Shown here: in pieces, positions 12,236 through 24,399 of the stretch | Position numbering within the stretch: position 1 is the stretch's first letter | How the letters are laid out: each line of letters begins with the position of its first letter | NCBI GenBank assembly: GCA_964270895.1 | Contig: OZ185442.1 | DNA length: 64,000 nt | Reading direction: 5' to 3' (one strand) | Origin: Podarcis filfolensis | Taxonomy: Eukaryota | The notes under the pieces: model-generated | Databases searched by the model: none | What the model saw: the letters and a program-made list of their open reading frames with translations, nothing else | What the model was told of the DNA's origin: nothing | Translations under genes and position numbers: made by a program

Positions 12236-14754
12236 TAGCATATACAGAACTGCAATTTAAAAGCAGCCTGCAGCAACAGACCCCATAGGACTGTGCCAAA
12301 GATGGGGAAATTTTTAATGTATCTCTTAGATCCCCAACTCCATTGCATCCATGAAATCCCAAGGAGGAAGCTGAATCAACTTGAGGCCAGGCCAGTATAA
12401 ATATAAACGTTTTAACAGTTTACTTTAACCCTCCAATAGGAATGGAGTTGCTTAACTCGATTCATATTGCCAACGATCTCCCACCACCCCCAGCACCATC
12501 CCACCACCCCCATTTCTTTCTGGAAATCAGGATTTTCCTTAACAAAACGTCTTGTGGTCTCTTTCTAGCTTTTGTTCCTTCATGAGCTCGTCTCGATGTT
12601 AGTTTACTTTGGCTACCCCACAGAAGGCTAAGTGATTTCCTTTTGAAGTTTTTATTGATGAATGATCTCCTATAAATAACTCTCCAGAGTAGCGGCCTGA
12701 TCTCCCCTCGTGTTCTGAAGCAATCGTAGTGACATGATTAAAATGGGGGGAGTGGGTTGAAATTTATGACCTCCTGATGTGGAATATTTCAGTGGGCTTC
12801 ATACTCTTTTTAACTTAATCTCTGCAGATGTAAAAGTTGGAATGCTGGATCGCCAACAACTCTGATTACCCACGTCCCTGATGGGATGGAAGCAGTAACA
12901 AAGCACGCTGTCAAAGCTATGCTGCTAAGACTTTAATGTTGTGGATAAAATTCACGCCTTGGGATAACAGAAAGAGTCAGGTGGAAGTCAGCCTCTCTCC
13001 AGGTTTGGGGTGGATGTAAACCAGCTGACCACATTCCACACATGTGGACACCTGTATTCACCCAGTAGCAGGCAGAACATCCAGAATTTTATGTCAGAAT
13101 TTGGTGCCTTGAAAAATCTCAGCATCCATATTTTTAAAAATGCAAGGCACATCTTCTCATTGAGGCAAAAATTATGCTTGCAAGTGTGAAGATTTCCTAG
13201 AGTGGGGCTCAATCTGAGCCAGAGACTTAGCCACCACTAGAATCTGATCTCGATGTCATTGAAAATATGGAATGTAGTTATTTGGTGGTATGACGCACTT
13301 AGCACATGCTCAGAGGGAACTTTTCCAGGGCTGAACCCATACATTCTCTTGCCCCTTCAGGGAAGGATGAGAGGCCTTGTTTCAAGCTCCCTGATTCTTA
13401 GAAGTAAAATGAGCTGTGATACAGGGTGAGGACTTGTTTATCATGGCAGAAATTCTTTCACTTAGTGCAAGAACTTCTTTCACTTAGTGCAATGTTGAAT
13501 TATTGTGGCAGAAATTCTTTCACTTAGTGAAATGCTGAATTCCACCCTATAGTTATTGCTCCACTCAGTTTTCCCTCTGGCTCCGCCTACTGCTGGTACG
13601 TGGCTCCCCAAAGGGCTGCCTGCAAGGGAGGGCTGGAAAATGTTTCCCATCCCTTGTGTACAGGTATATCATGCAGGCCTGAGATCAGCACCAGGCATCC
13701 CTGGTGATCCAGTAGGGCCACTTCTGATGCTTGTCCTGGGGCCCCATTTGTTTGTTTTTCCTTGCTTGGTGCTCCAACTGAACAGATGCAATTTTAATTT
13801 TCTGTCATGCAATCGGATGAAGTGTTTCCCTGGTGCATCATGGAGGATCAAAATGATCCCGATAAGCTGCCCACAGTTCTCTATCACCGTTACAAAAGCC
13901 CTCCAGGCCCCTAGTGATGGAGGAGAGGCCCCACGCAGGAGGGCAGTTTGTCCCTTAAACCTGTAACCAGCCCTGAGCTCATAGCAACATGTTACAAGGT
14001 TAATCGTGGCATCCTCCAGTTCTGGAACTGACACATGTTCCATTTAGCCTGAAATAGGAAACATGCTCTGTGTTTGCCGTGTGTTTTCCGGTGTACCAAA
14101 AAAAAAAAAAAAAAAAAAAAAAGCAGCTCTCTTGTGCAAGAAACGGCAGGCATTTTTTCTTCTTCTTTGACCTGGTTTCCAGAAATGTGGGAAAGTTTAT
14201 TTATTTCTCCATGCATTCCTGATTTGCAATGTGCTCTCTAAAAATGTCGCTCAGATTTAGGCTGAGTGAGCTCATGCTAAATTTAGCAATGATCTTTTAA
14301 ACAAACATTCTTTATGCTTTGCTGAATGGGCACTGAAGCTGGATTAAAAGGCAATTGCGTTTGCATGGATGTTATTCACAATGTTTCATTCTTCTCTGAG
14401 CTCTTGTCTAAATTGCTTGTAATCTGATGGAGCGGAGGGGTGTGTGTCTAAAAACCTGTATGATTTCAATCTGACTGTGGAGTGTGGGAAAGAACCCCCA
14501 AATCAGAACCTGCTGTGAAGCTCGAAGGATCTTGGCTTTATTTTATTTCTCTCTTTGAAACACCAAGAACAAGGTTCTAAGCCTTAATGTTTGTAGGCAG
14601 TTTCTGTGCGCGCTCAGTGGTGGTTGGTGGCCATTGGGTTTGGTAGGGCAGAAGGCAGGGAGGCCAACAGTAGGTGGAGCCAGAGCCAATGACAGGCAGA
14701 GCCTACTAATTCTACTTTATTCCTCATCTTCCTCCCTTCTGAATTCTACAAGGA

Positions 14755-15155
14755 CAATAGGAAGAACATAAGATGAGCCTGATGGATCAGGCCAATGGCC
14801 CATCTAGTCCAGCATCCTGTTCTCACAGCCAACCACATGCCTGTGGCAAACCCATAAGCTGGAACACAGCACAAGAGCACTCTCCCCTCCTGTGGTTTTG
14901 AGCCACTGGTATTCAGAAGCATTACTGCCTCCAGCATGGCTAGTATCTCTCAATAGCCTTTTCCTCCATGGATTTGTCTAATCCTCTTTTAAAGCCATCC
15001 AACTTGGTGGTCATCACTGCCTCCTATGGAAGTGAGTTCCATAGTTTAACTCTGTGCTGAATGAATAAGTAATAATGAGTCCTTAACTTTCCAATATGCA
15101 GCTTCATTGGATGTCCCTGAGTTCTAGTGTTATGAGAAAGGGAGAAAAACTTCTT
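14755..15155 (-). mobile_element. CR1 3' fragment
   Basis: aagaacataaga tail followed by typical CR1 3'UTR/ORF2-end sequence. Confidence 0.7.
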
Positions 15156-18100
15156 CATAGGGGAGAAGCTTAAAGGAGAAGGAAGCTGACAGCCAGTGTT
15201 GGAAGATGGCAGGCAGATGTAGACTGGTTGAGATTGGTGGGGTGGTACCTCCTTAAACTTAATGGTTTAGTCTCTGCTACACACACACAAACCTAAAGAT
15301 CATAACCCATTGAACTGGGCTTCTTTCCCTATCCAGTTATCTGTCTTCACCTTCCCATGGTGACTTGTGGCCGTGTGTCCAGCTTTACAGAGGAACGTTC
15401 TCTATTTGAAGAGCTAGCTGGTCCAAACCCAATGGAAACATAAGGAACACTAAGAAAGGAGATGGGCATTAAAGTCTCCCCATAACACTTAGCACCTGGT
15501 CAGCAGATGGAGGGCCCCTCCATGTGTCTTTTTGTGAGTGTATTCTGCAACATGTCATTGGCCACATTCACACCGTACATTTAAAGCACTGTTGTTTCCC
15601 CCAAAGAGTCTTGGGAACTGTAGTTTGTTAAGGACACTGAGAGGAGACCCACTATTCCTCTCCCAGAGCTACATTTCCCAGAGCAGTTTAGACCTTTGGT
15701 ATTTATTGCCTTTTTATCCTACCTTCCTTCCAAGAAGTTGAAGGTTGGCATGCATAGCTCCCCCCTCCCCATTTTGTCCTCATGACAAATCCTGTGAGGT
15801 CATTTCTGTTGAGAGTTGAGGAGTGGCTCAACAAGATCAACAAGTGGCTAGCCATCTATCAGGAAGTCTGTAGTTCAGGCTCTGCAGATGTTACTGAACT
15901 ACAACTCCCATCATCCTTAGCCATTGGCCATTCTTGCTGGAGCTGACATGCAGAGGGCCGAAGTTCACCACAGCTACTGTACTTGAACCCTGTGCTGAGT
16001 GGGAGTTGACCTCCAAGCTCTCTTCCAGTTCTAAACTCCTGTGATTCTATATCCATCCAGTGATGTAGTGTGTCTACTAGATACTTAAAACACCCATTTT
16101 GCAGTTGCAAGAAGGCAGCAGAAACAGCAGGTTTATAAAGACTCTTGTCAGCCACCACTGACTAGTTGTTGAGCTGCACTTGGTAGATCAAAGATTGTGC
16201 AGGCTTGGATCAGGCACTGGAATCCTGTGCTAGATATTAAAATGGGGCCCAGCCCTAATGTTGCGGACACATCACATCTCCTATAACAAGGAATCATTGG
16301 ATGTGGACCTCTTTGAACACTGCAGCTTCTGCATTCATTTTGGGTGTTAGTCCCTATAGAAGAGCTGCAGAACCAACTTCATGGTCTGTGAAGTCCGCAA
16401 ACCAACCTTGGAAATATCCCCGACACTTCCATGCTCAGGCTATTGCTTCCTGTTTGAATATATATTCAATGAACTCTATTTGGTCTCCTGACTCATGTTC
16501 GCTATTTTTTACTAGCTCGTGAGCCTAATTCCAAAAGCTCTTTTTCCTCCTACTGAACTTGCACTGGAGACCATGAGAGGTCACTGTTTGAAGGATCTGG
16601 CCCGTTATAAAGCACTTAATGATATGTCTGGATGAAGCATTAAAAGAATCCTACAGGGAACAATTCAGGCTATGGCCAGACAGATGAATAACAGACCTTA
16701 ATGGGCCTTTTCCCATCTGCAACATTTCTTACTCAGTGGCTCTCTCTTCTTGCTCCTTAGGCTGAAATCACAAGGACTGCCTGTGTAACATCAAGTACTT
16801 TCTGTGGGCGGAGGGTATTGGGGGTTGGAATTATGGTTTGCCTTTTGGTACTTGCATAGATCTGGTAGTCTGGTGAAGTATTTCATGATAAAAACCCAGA
16901 GACTGATGTGGGCGGGTAGAAAATGCAACCTCAGAAGGAAAAAGGAAAGTCTACCCTTTCCACTGAAAAAGCATCATCTCATCACTAAGAGGCCACCTAG
17001 TCTGGCATCTTGTTCTTATAGTATTCAGTCAAATGCCCCACTGGGAAGCCCACAAGCAGACCCTGAGTGCAACAGCACTCACTCTCCCCACTTGTGATTC
17101 CCTGCAACTAGTATTCAGAGGAAGACAGACTTCAACCTAGAGGGGGAACATAGTCATCATGGCTAGCAGCCACAGATAGCCTGGCACTTGCCACAAGCTT
17201 AAAAGGAGTGTGCCAAGCTTGCCTCTGGTTGTTCAACAAAATATGTGTCGCAGAATTTTGCCATTTCATAGAAGGGAAAGGATAGCTTTTGTGTTCTGAT
17301 TTTTTTTTCTTGCTGGAGTTAAATAACTGTTGTGTGACTTTCTAGATCCTCAAAGGACTGGGGAGGCACACGCTGATAATGACACCTGTTTGAAGGTGCT
17401 AACTTTCAGAGGGAAAGGTGTCCTGTAAGGAAGGATAGCTTTCCAACTGAAATCTTGTCAGTTTTGATTTCTCATTTTTCCAGTCCTGTCAATCCAATTT
17501 CTGTCAGGTTTTCATTTTTCTGCACATTTCCACATGTTGTTGTTGTTAAAAAGTCCACATGAAAATTCACCAGGGAATTTATTCTAATATACACATTTAT
17601 GTATATGATTTGGCCAGCTGTAACCTTCTTTGCAAAACAATTTCCCCTAATATAATGCATTTTAATGTTATTCTAATATTCTGGTCACGAGCATGTGCCT
17701 TTTTATACACACTTGACCAAAATCTATGCATATTTGTACTCATTATTTCTCTAGAGAGCTTCATTGCAAAATGTGGAGATGTGCAAATTTTGAAGTTTGG
17801 CTGCTTTTCAGTTCATGCATTATTTTGAAAACAATTAGGTAGGTGTGCCTTTAAACGTGAACTGGTTTGAACTTCTCCCTTCCACCATCTACAGTATAAG
17901 CAAATTTTTCTTTAAAGTTTGAGAAAAGGAAGGAAGGAGTCAAAAAATCTGGTGCCTGGTACAAAATAACACCAAGGAAACAAGGTGGCCAGCCTGTCTG
18001 TTAACTGTACCACTTTAGAATAAAGATGGACCCTCAGCTGGTGGAATGTTCCTCTATGCCCTTGCCCTCCAAAACAGCAACAAACAAACAGCACCCTGCA

Positions 18101-21100
18101 TATAGAAAACTAGTATGTCAGGCAAAAGGGGTTCTAGCCTAGCCTTATCCCTGAGATGCTAGTTTTTTATGTGAAGCTAGGAGTTTATGGGGGAGGCGGT
18201 TGTTATGGGGAATCATTCCACTGTGTAGGTCCTCACCTATAGTCTGAAGGGGCAGAGCTCCACAGAGCTTTACTGCCCGATCTACTATGGGTGAAAACTA
18301 GATCTCTGTGAATGTGAACATAGCAAAAACATCATATCTGGGGCAATGTTAAGCCATAAATCTGCCAATGGAATTTTGTTTAATAAAATTCAACCATTCA
18401 GAAATTCCCAGAAATACAATATTTCAACTCACCTGCAAAGTGGGGGTATGTGGCAAACACATTTGTGGGAGCTGGTTCTGACTGAGGGTGGTACAGGGCA
18501 AGAGAGGATGAGAGACAGTGTGTGTTAGTTATAGCTGCAGGAGCACTGCAACACAAGTTGCTGTGGTATGGAGATATGCCCATTGCATTGCACTGCATTC
18601 CATTGTACTGCATTGCTGAACATGGTGTGTGGGCACGACTTAGGCTTGAAATCTGACCAATTTACTTCTGTTTAAAATCCTGAGAGTGGAGACGTTGAAT
18701 CTGATTGGCTGACTCCGTGAAGGCATCTCAAGCAGCAAATGTGGAGACCTGTTAAAGGCTAACCAACACGCAATTATTTAATTGTACAGTACAACTGAGT
18801 CTGAGAACTGTTTGTCTGTTCTCATATATGTGATTTCATCCTCATCCCATAATATACCCAGTCCTATGCAAATGCGGCTGAAATCATAGCAAAGTCTCCC
18901 CCTGCTTAAGCCAATTCCATTTTCCTCTTTTCTTTTCTTTTCTGTTGTGCCACTGTTATCAAATGTTAGATTGTAAGCTTTTTAGAGCAGAGACATATTC
19001 CCTTGTGCATTGTAAATAAAGGAGAAGAAGCAGGAAAAGAAAAGGGAGGAGGAGGGAGGAGGAGGATTTTGAAAATGAATTTTGAGTGTATTGGGGTGAT
19101 AAAGACAGGGTATGCTATAAAACAATAAGCTGCTTCATCATAGTCACTCTGACATGTGGATGTGTGTGTACCACTTGTGTATTTTTGAAGGGGAGGGGAT
19201 CAAATGCAGACTATCGTATGAGAAAGGAACGCTGTTTGGATTTTCTACCTCAAGTACCAAAGCATCTTTGGATGATGCTGCCCCAGGTCAAGGGTGGGTA
19301 TATCTCCTACTTTACAGAGAGCAATCCTCTATTAGAAGACACCCTCTGTTCAAAGGGATGACCAGTCCAAATTCAGTTTTTAAAGACTGTAGGGAAGCTA
19401 GGGTCACGTCCCTCTACCTGGTCACACACAGATGCTCCAGAGCACGTATGACAGGAAGTCCTCCCTGTCTGGAGCAACATTCCCCTGTGTGTCCACTCTA
19501 GGAAACAGAAAATGTTGTATTTGACTGCTTCAGTGAATGATATATCCCACACCCATCACCAGTGAGCACCCAAATAGCACGCTGAGCAGGAGCACAGCTC
19601 CCCTGGTCACCATCATCCCCAGTATGTTGACAATAGTCTATAAAATACTGAGTTGGATGGGCCAATGGTCTCAGTCAGTATAAGGCAGTTTCCTATTTTC
19701 CTATGCTGGAATTAGGCTTAAAAGCCAATAGAAAACTGGAAAGCTTATAGCCAATAGAATAAGTTGCTATGGGAGCTAATATGCAACATGTGTGTGGTGC
19801 TCACAATGGTTTCCCCATTTTTCGACCAAGGGCCCAATAAGGTTAGGAACCCCATGGTTTATGTGGCAAGACTCAGGCTTCTGGATTTTTCATTTCCTTT
19901 CCATTTCCCCCACCCCCTTCCTTTTTTTACAGATCCTTTCCTCCATATTATTCCCAGCCTTCCTGCACAAGCTTATGGTTGTGGTTTGGAACAAACAGCA
20001 GTTTCCTGTTATGTCCTAAAACTGTGGTTTGTTCAAACCATTGTTAGTTAACATGTTGAAAAGAATAACATGCTACAGCTCTCCTGGGACCACACCACTT
20101 CAGAATGCAAGTAGGGGTGTCAAGTTCAAATTATTAAAAAAAAAACATTTGAAGGTGAATGAAAACCTTGCAGTTAGTACTGTAGTGTATAAGAGAGAGT
20201 GTTAGGCTAGAACCCACTTTTATAGCAAGCAAGTTTTCCACATGCAAGGAGGGTTGTTGTTTTAAGGTGGGGCTTTATTAAAACAGGCAGTCCTGCATTC
20301 TGAAGTGGTACAGGTCCAACAGGGACCATGTGTTTTCCCTGCATGTGCAGATAAGCTCTGTCAGTCCCTGCAGCAACACTCTAGCCAGGAAAATTTGCGG
20401 AAGGAAGGAAGACTCCTTACTTGGAAGAGCTGTGTGTGTGTTTGGCTGACAGTCTCTCCCCTCTGAGCCAAAAGTCGCCAACGTTGGATCAAGGAGAGGT
20501 TAATAAATCCATGATGTTGGGTTTCTCCAACATTTTGAGGAGATGCATTAGGACAGTCCTAAAGTTTAGGGTCTGGGCTGTGAGCCATGGAACTGTGGTG
20601 GATCAGGAGTTCTCAAGAGCCAACAGAAAAAAAGGCTAAAAGCCAAGTTGTGGGCAAAGCTGAGTGTGTATGTGTGTGTTTTGTTTAGCCAGGGATATCG
20701 AAATGGGGTGGGAGAGATTTATTTTTGTGTGTGCGGCTCTGACCCTGCACACAAAACCAAGCATTTCCCATTTGGGTAGGAATTTACAGGAACTTGGCAG
20801 CTGGAGGGTGAAGTGGTGTGGTTATGAAGAACCAGGATGTTGCAGTGGTGTGTCAGGAGGAGAGGGGTGCAAGCCTGAACTTTGTAATAAGGACTTTCTT
20901 TCCTCCTTGAATAGTGAAACAGGCCTGGGGAGAAAATGGGCACCCCATTCCATCTTGCCTCTGGAATACTAAGGTTCCTTCCATGTGGGCAAAGCTGAGT
21001 GTGTATGTGTGTGTTTTGTTTAGCCAGGGATATCGAAAATACTGTATATTCCAGCTGAAACACTGAGATCATCTCCAGGAGTGTTGTTAGTCCTTCCCTG

Positions 21101-21731
21101 AGTTGGTGAGGACCATTTGACAACAGCAAGAAACTTGTGGGTTTTGACTAACATGGTGTGTAGAAGAAACACCAACAAGGAGGTTCTTATGAATTCTTCA
21201 CTCCTGCAAAGAACCTGATAGGTAGCCAGCCAGCCTCTGTTAAGAAACCTCAAGAGAATCCACCATCCTCTGAGGAGTAGGATATTTCATGTAACCTTTA
21301 GACATTATTATTTTTATATTTTTGCCTGTTGCTTCAGGACCTACTTTCAGAAGCAATAGAAATTTGTTTCACCATCTATGTGGAAGCACTTCAGCTGTTT
21401 GATGATGGCTAGTCTAGTGCCTCTTCTTTACTCTAAATCTGCCCTTCTCCTTCAACCCCTCCTCCGAGGGCTTGGTGTCCTGGCCTGCCGCCATATTGGT
21501 CACCCTCGTCTGGACAGCATCCTCAAAAGGTGTAGGAGATTTTTTTTCCCTTCAAATGGCTGAGGACAGTGGTCAGATGACTGATATTGTCATCATCTTC
21601 ATCTGCGAATTTCTCCAGTTGTTTTTAAAGCCATCCAAGATACACACAGAGAGAGAGAGAGAGCAATAAAACCCCATGTGTATATACTGCTGGCAGATTA
21701 CAAACATCAACAGTAAATATTAATATAACTA

Positions 21732-21973
21732 CAGTGGTACCTCGGGTTACAAACACCTCAGGTTACAAACACTTCGGGTTACAGACTCCACTAACCCATA
21801 AATAGTATCTCAGGTTAAGAACTTTACCTCAGGATGGGAACAGAAATCAAGCGCCGGCGGTGTGGCAGCAGCAGGAAGCCCCATTAGCTAAAGTACTACT
21901 TCAAGTTAAGAACAGTTTCAGGTTAAGAACAGACCTCCAGAATGAATTAGGTTCGTAACCAGAGGAACCACTG
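21732..21973. mobile_element. Tc1/mariner (Tigger-like) MITE
   Basis: TIRs cagtggtacctc...gaggaaccactg flanked by TA on both sides (21730-31, 21974-75); internal ggttacaaac / ggttaagaac repeats. Confidence 0.85.
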
Positions 21974-22192
21974 TATAAACATTTGTTAATGCCATTAATA
22001 AACATCAATATACAATTATCAATCACAAATGATTTCATTAATATAGCCTATTATTCTACATCCATGCACATTGTGGGCATGACTCCAACTTCCAATAGCT
22101 ATTTTGTGGAGAAAAGAAGGAGAATTGCATTTCCCCAGCAATTATTCTATTTTAAGCTTGGTTTGTTGGGGAGATGTGTGATTGCCCAACAG

Positions 22193-22372
22193 CAGTGGCG
22201 TAGCGTGGGGGGTGCAGGGGGGGCGGGTCGCACCGGGCGCAACATCTGGGGTTAGGGCAAATCCATGGGTTAGGGGGCGCAAATCCACGGGTCAGGGGGC
22301 GCAAATCCACGGGTTAGGGGGCGCAAATTACTTGCCTTGCCCCGGGTGCTGACAACCCACGCTACGCCACTG
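22193..22372. mobile_element. hAT MITE, copy 1
   Basis: Perfect 17-bp TIRs cagtggcgtagcgtggg / cccacgctacgccactg; 8-bp TSD cccaacag (22185-22192, 22373-22380). Confidence 0.92.
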
Positions 22373-23063
22373 CCCAACAGAACTCTTTTCTTTAGAAAAC
22401 CAGAGGTGGAGTGCATCAGTTACACTGTGAAGTGGATGGGGGACCTGTGGCCCTCCCAAATGATTGTTGGGGTTCAATAACTGCCATCAGCCCCAGCTGG
22501 TCAGGGACAATGGAGCTTATAGCCGTGCAAGGGCTGCAGGTTCATCTAACTTTGGTTTTCCTTCAGGAAGGTTCTTCTCCAGCAAGGCTGCCATTTATAG
22601 GCTCCAGAAGGGCATGAGAGAGGAACACAGGAAGCCACCGGACACTGAGTCAGACCAATTGGCCCATTGACTTCAGCATTGTCAACAATGACAGCCTGTA
22701 GCTTTCAAGCGTTTCAGACAGTCTTGCCTAGAGGTGTCAGGGACTGAGCCCAATAGCTTCTGCCTGTGAAGCAAAGCCAGACTTCCAGGCCAACTCTTGA
22801 ATCTGTTTTTGATATGAAGCTTCTAACCTTGTACACATTTACTTGCTGTGACTAAGCCCATTGAACTTCATGTGGCTTACTCTTGAGTAAACATGCATAA
22901 GATGGTGCTATTGTGTTTTACTATAATTTCTTGAATTTACTTTTACCTTGTAATGAATAAAGATGAGTTTTCCTCAGAGCTGTCTTTACCTGGGGGTGCA
23001 AGGGGTGTGGTGCACCCGGGCATCAAATTCTGGGGGGCATCAAATGTATTCTTACTGCATACC

Positions 23064-23220
23064 CAGTGGCGTAGCGTGGGGGGTGCAGGGGGGGCCGGCC
23101 GCACCGGGCGCAACATCTGGGGTTAGGGCAAATCCATGGGTTAGGGGGCGCAAATCCACGGGTTGGGGGCGCAAATTACTTGCCTTGCCCCGGGTGCTGA
23201 CAACCCACGCTACACCACTG
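23064..23220. mobile_element. hAT MITE, copy 2 of the same family
   Basis: Same TIRs (1 mismatch); different 8-bp TSD tgcatacc (23056-23063, 23221-23228). Confidence 0.92.
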
Positions 23221-23394
23221 TGCATACCAGTCCCTCTCAATTGGCGGCAGTGAAAATTGGCCGTCGCTCTGTTACAGGTGAGCAATCCCCCCCCCAAAAA
23301 AAGCTCAACAATTCTGAGTCCCCCCCAAAAAAGGTCAACAGCTAAACTAAATTTGAGGGCACATAAAACCTGTTGTTTGTGGTGGGCAGGATTC

Positions 23395-23560
23395 CCCACT
23401 TGGGTAGCATTGGGCAGCCTAGCTCAGTATTGTCTACACTGACTGGCAGAAGCTCTCAAAGTTTCAGGCAGGAGTCTTTGCCAGTCTTACCTGGAGATGC
23501 CAGGGATTGAACCTGGAACCTTCTGCATGCAAAGCAGATGCTCTGCCACTGAGCTATGAT
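23395..23560 (-). mobile_element. Squam3-like SINE
   Basis: ctagctcagtattgtctacactgactggcag...gattgaacc...ttctgcatgcaaagcagatgctctgccactgagcta. Confidence 0.75.
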
Positions 23561-23774
23561 CCTCCCCAAAGCCTCTGCACATTTATTTGGGAATGAATCC
23601 TACTGAAGACAATGTGATACATTTACTTGTCAGCTGACATGCATAGGTTCTTGGCCTCCTGAGCATGTTGTCGTGATCAAATACACACACATCCCACCCT
23701 GCATAGGAGCCTGCATAGGAAGTAATGGTCAAAAACGACAAAATGAATAATTAAGCCTTGTTTTGACAAAATAT

Positions 23775-23780
23775 TTTATT
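23775..23780 (-). terminator. Candidate FOXL1 polyadenylation signal (AATAAA)
   Basis: tttatt on + strand about 1.35 kb downstream of the FOXL1 stop, at the end of an AT-rich block; further AATAAA near 23878 and 23968. Confidence 0.45.
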
Positions 23781-24200
23781 GAATATAGGTTTTTGTTTCA
23801 TAATGAAAATTCAAAAAAATAGGCTTTTTATGACAAAAAAATCATATTTTATGACTAATATACAAAAGAGAGCCTTGTTTATTTATAGCAAGAATAAAAG
23901 ATTGTCTATGATGTAACTTTAGAATTTTTTTAAAAAAAATATTATTATTAAAAGCTAGGAGAAAGTGTTTATTCATATTTCTGGAGGGTTTCCCTAGCTT
24001 TCCTTTAAGCAGGGCTTCAGGTGGGGGTTCTTTAGAGTGGTCAGTTGTTTTGTTAGTGACTCTAACGAGGTCCAGTTTGAGATGCAGACAGCTCTCCCCC
24101 CGCCCCCCAAAAAGCACCATGTGCGATGTTTTCTGTCTAAACAGAGACACGCTATTGAAAAGCAAACCGTCTGAAATGACCCCCACCTAGAGCTGCGCGC

Positions 24201-24213
24201 CTGTGTGTGCGTG

Positions 24214-24244
<31 letters not shown>
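24201..24244. repeat. (TG)n microsatellite in the presumed FOXL1 3'UTR
   Basis: tgtgtgtgcgtgtgtgtgcgtgtg... run. Confidence 0.9.
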
Positions 24245-24399
24245 AGGGGGGAAAGTCAATTCAGCATGGATTATTATTGTTATTGTTATTATTGTTTAGA
24301 AAACAGCTGTATTCGTATTCATTCAGAATTCTACGGCACTTTCCTTCCTATTTCAGAAAACATCGACGGTCACTTTGAACGAAACGATTAGGTGCAATT

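Noticed and set aside
13669-13760. Collagen-like GPTGSPGMPGA in a minus-strand ORF
   Set aside because: Only about four Gly-X-Y triplets, no convincing splice sites, and no other collagen exons; chance.
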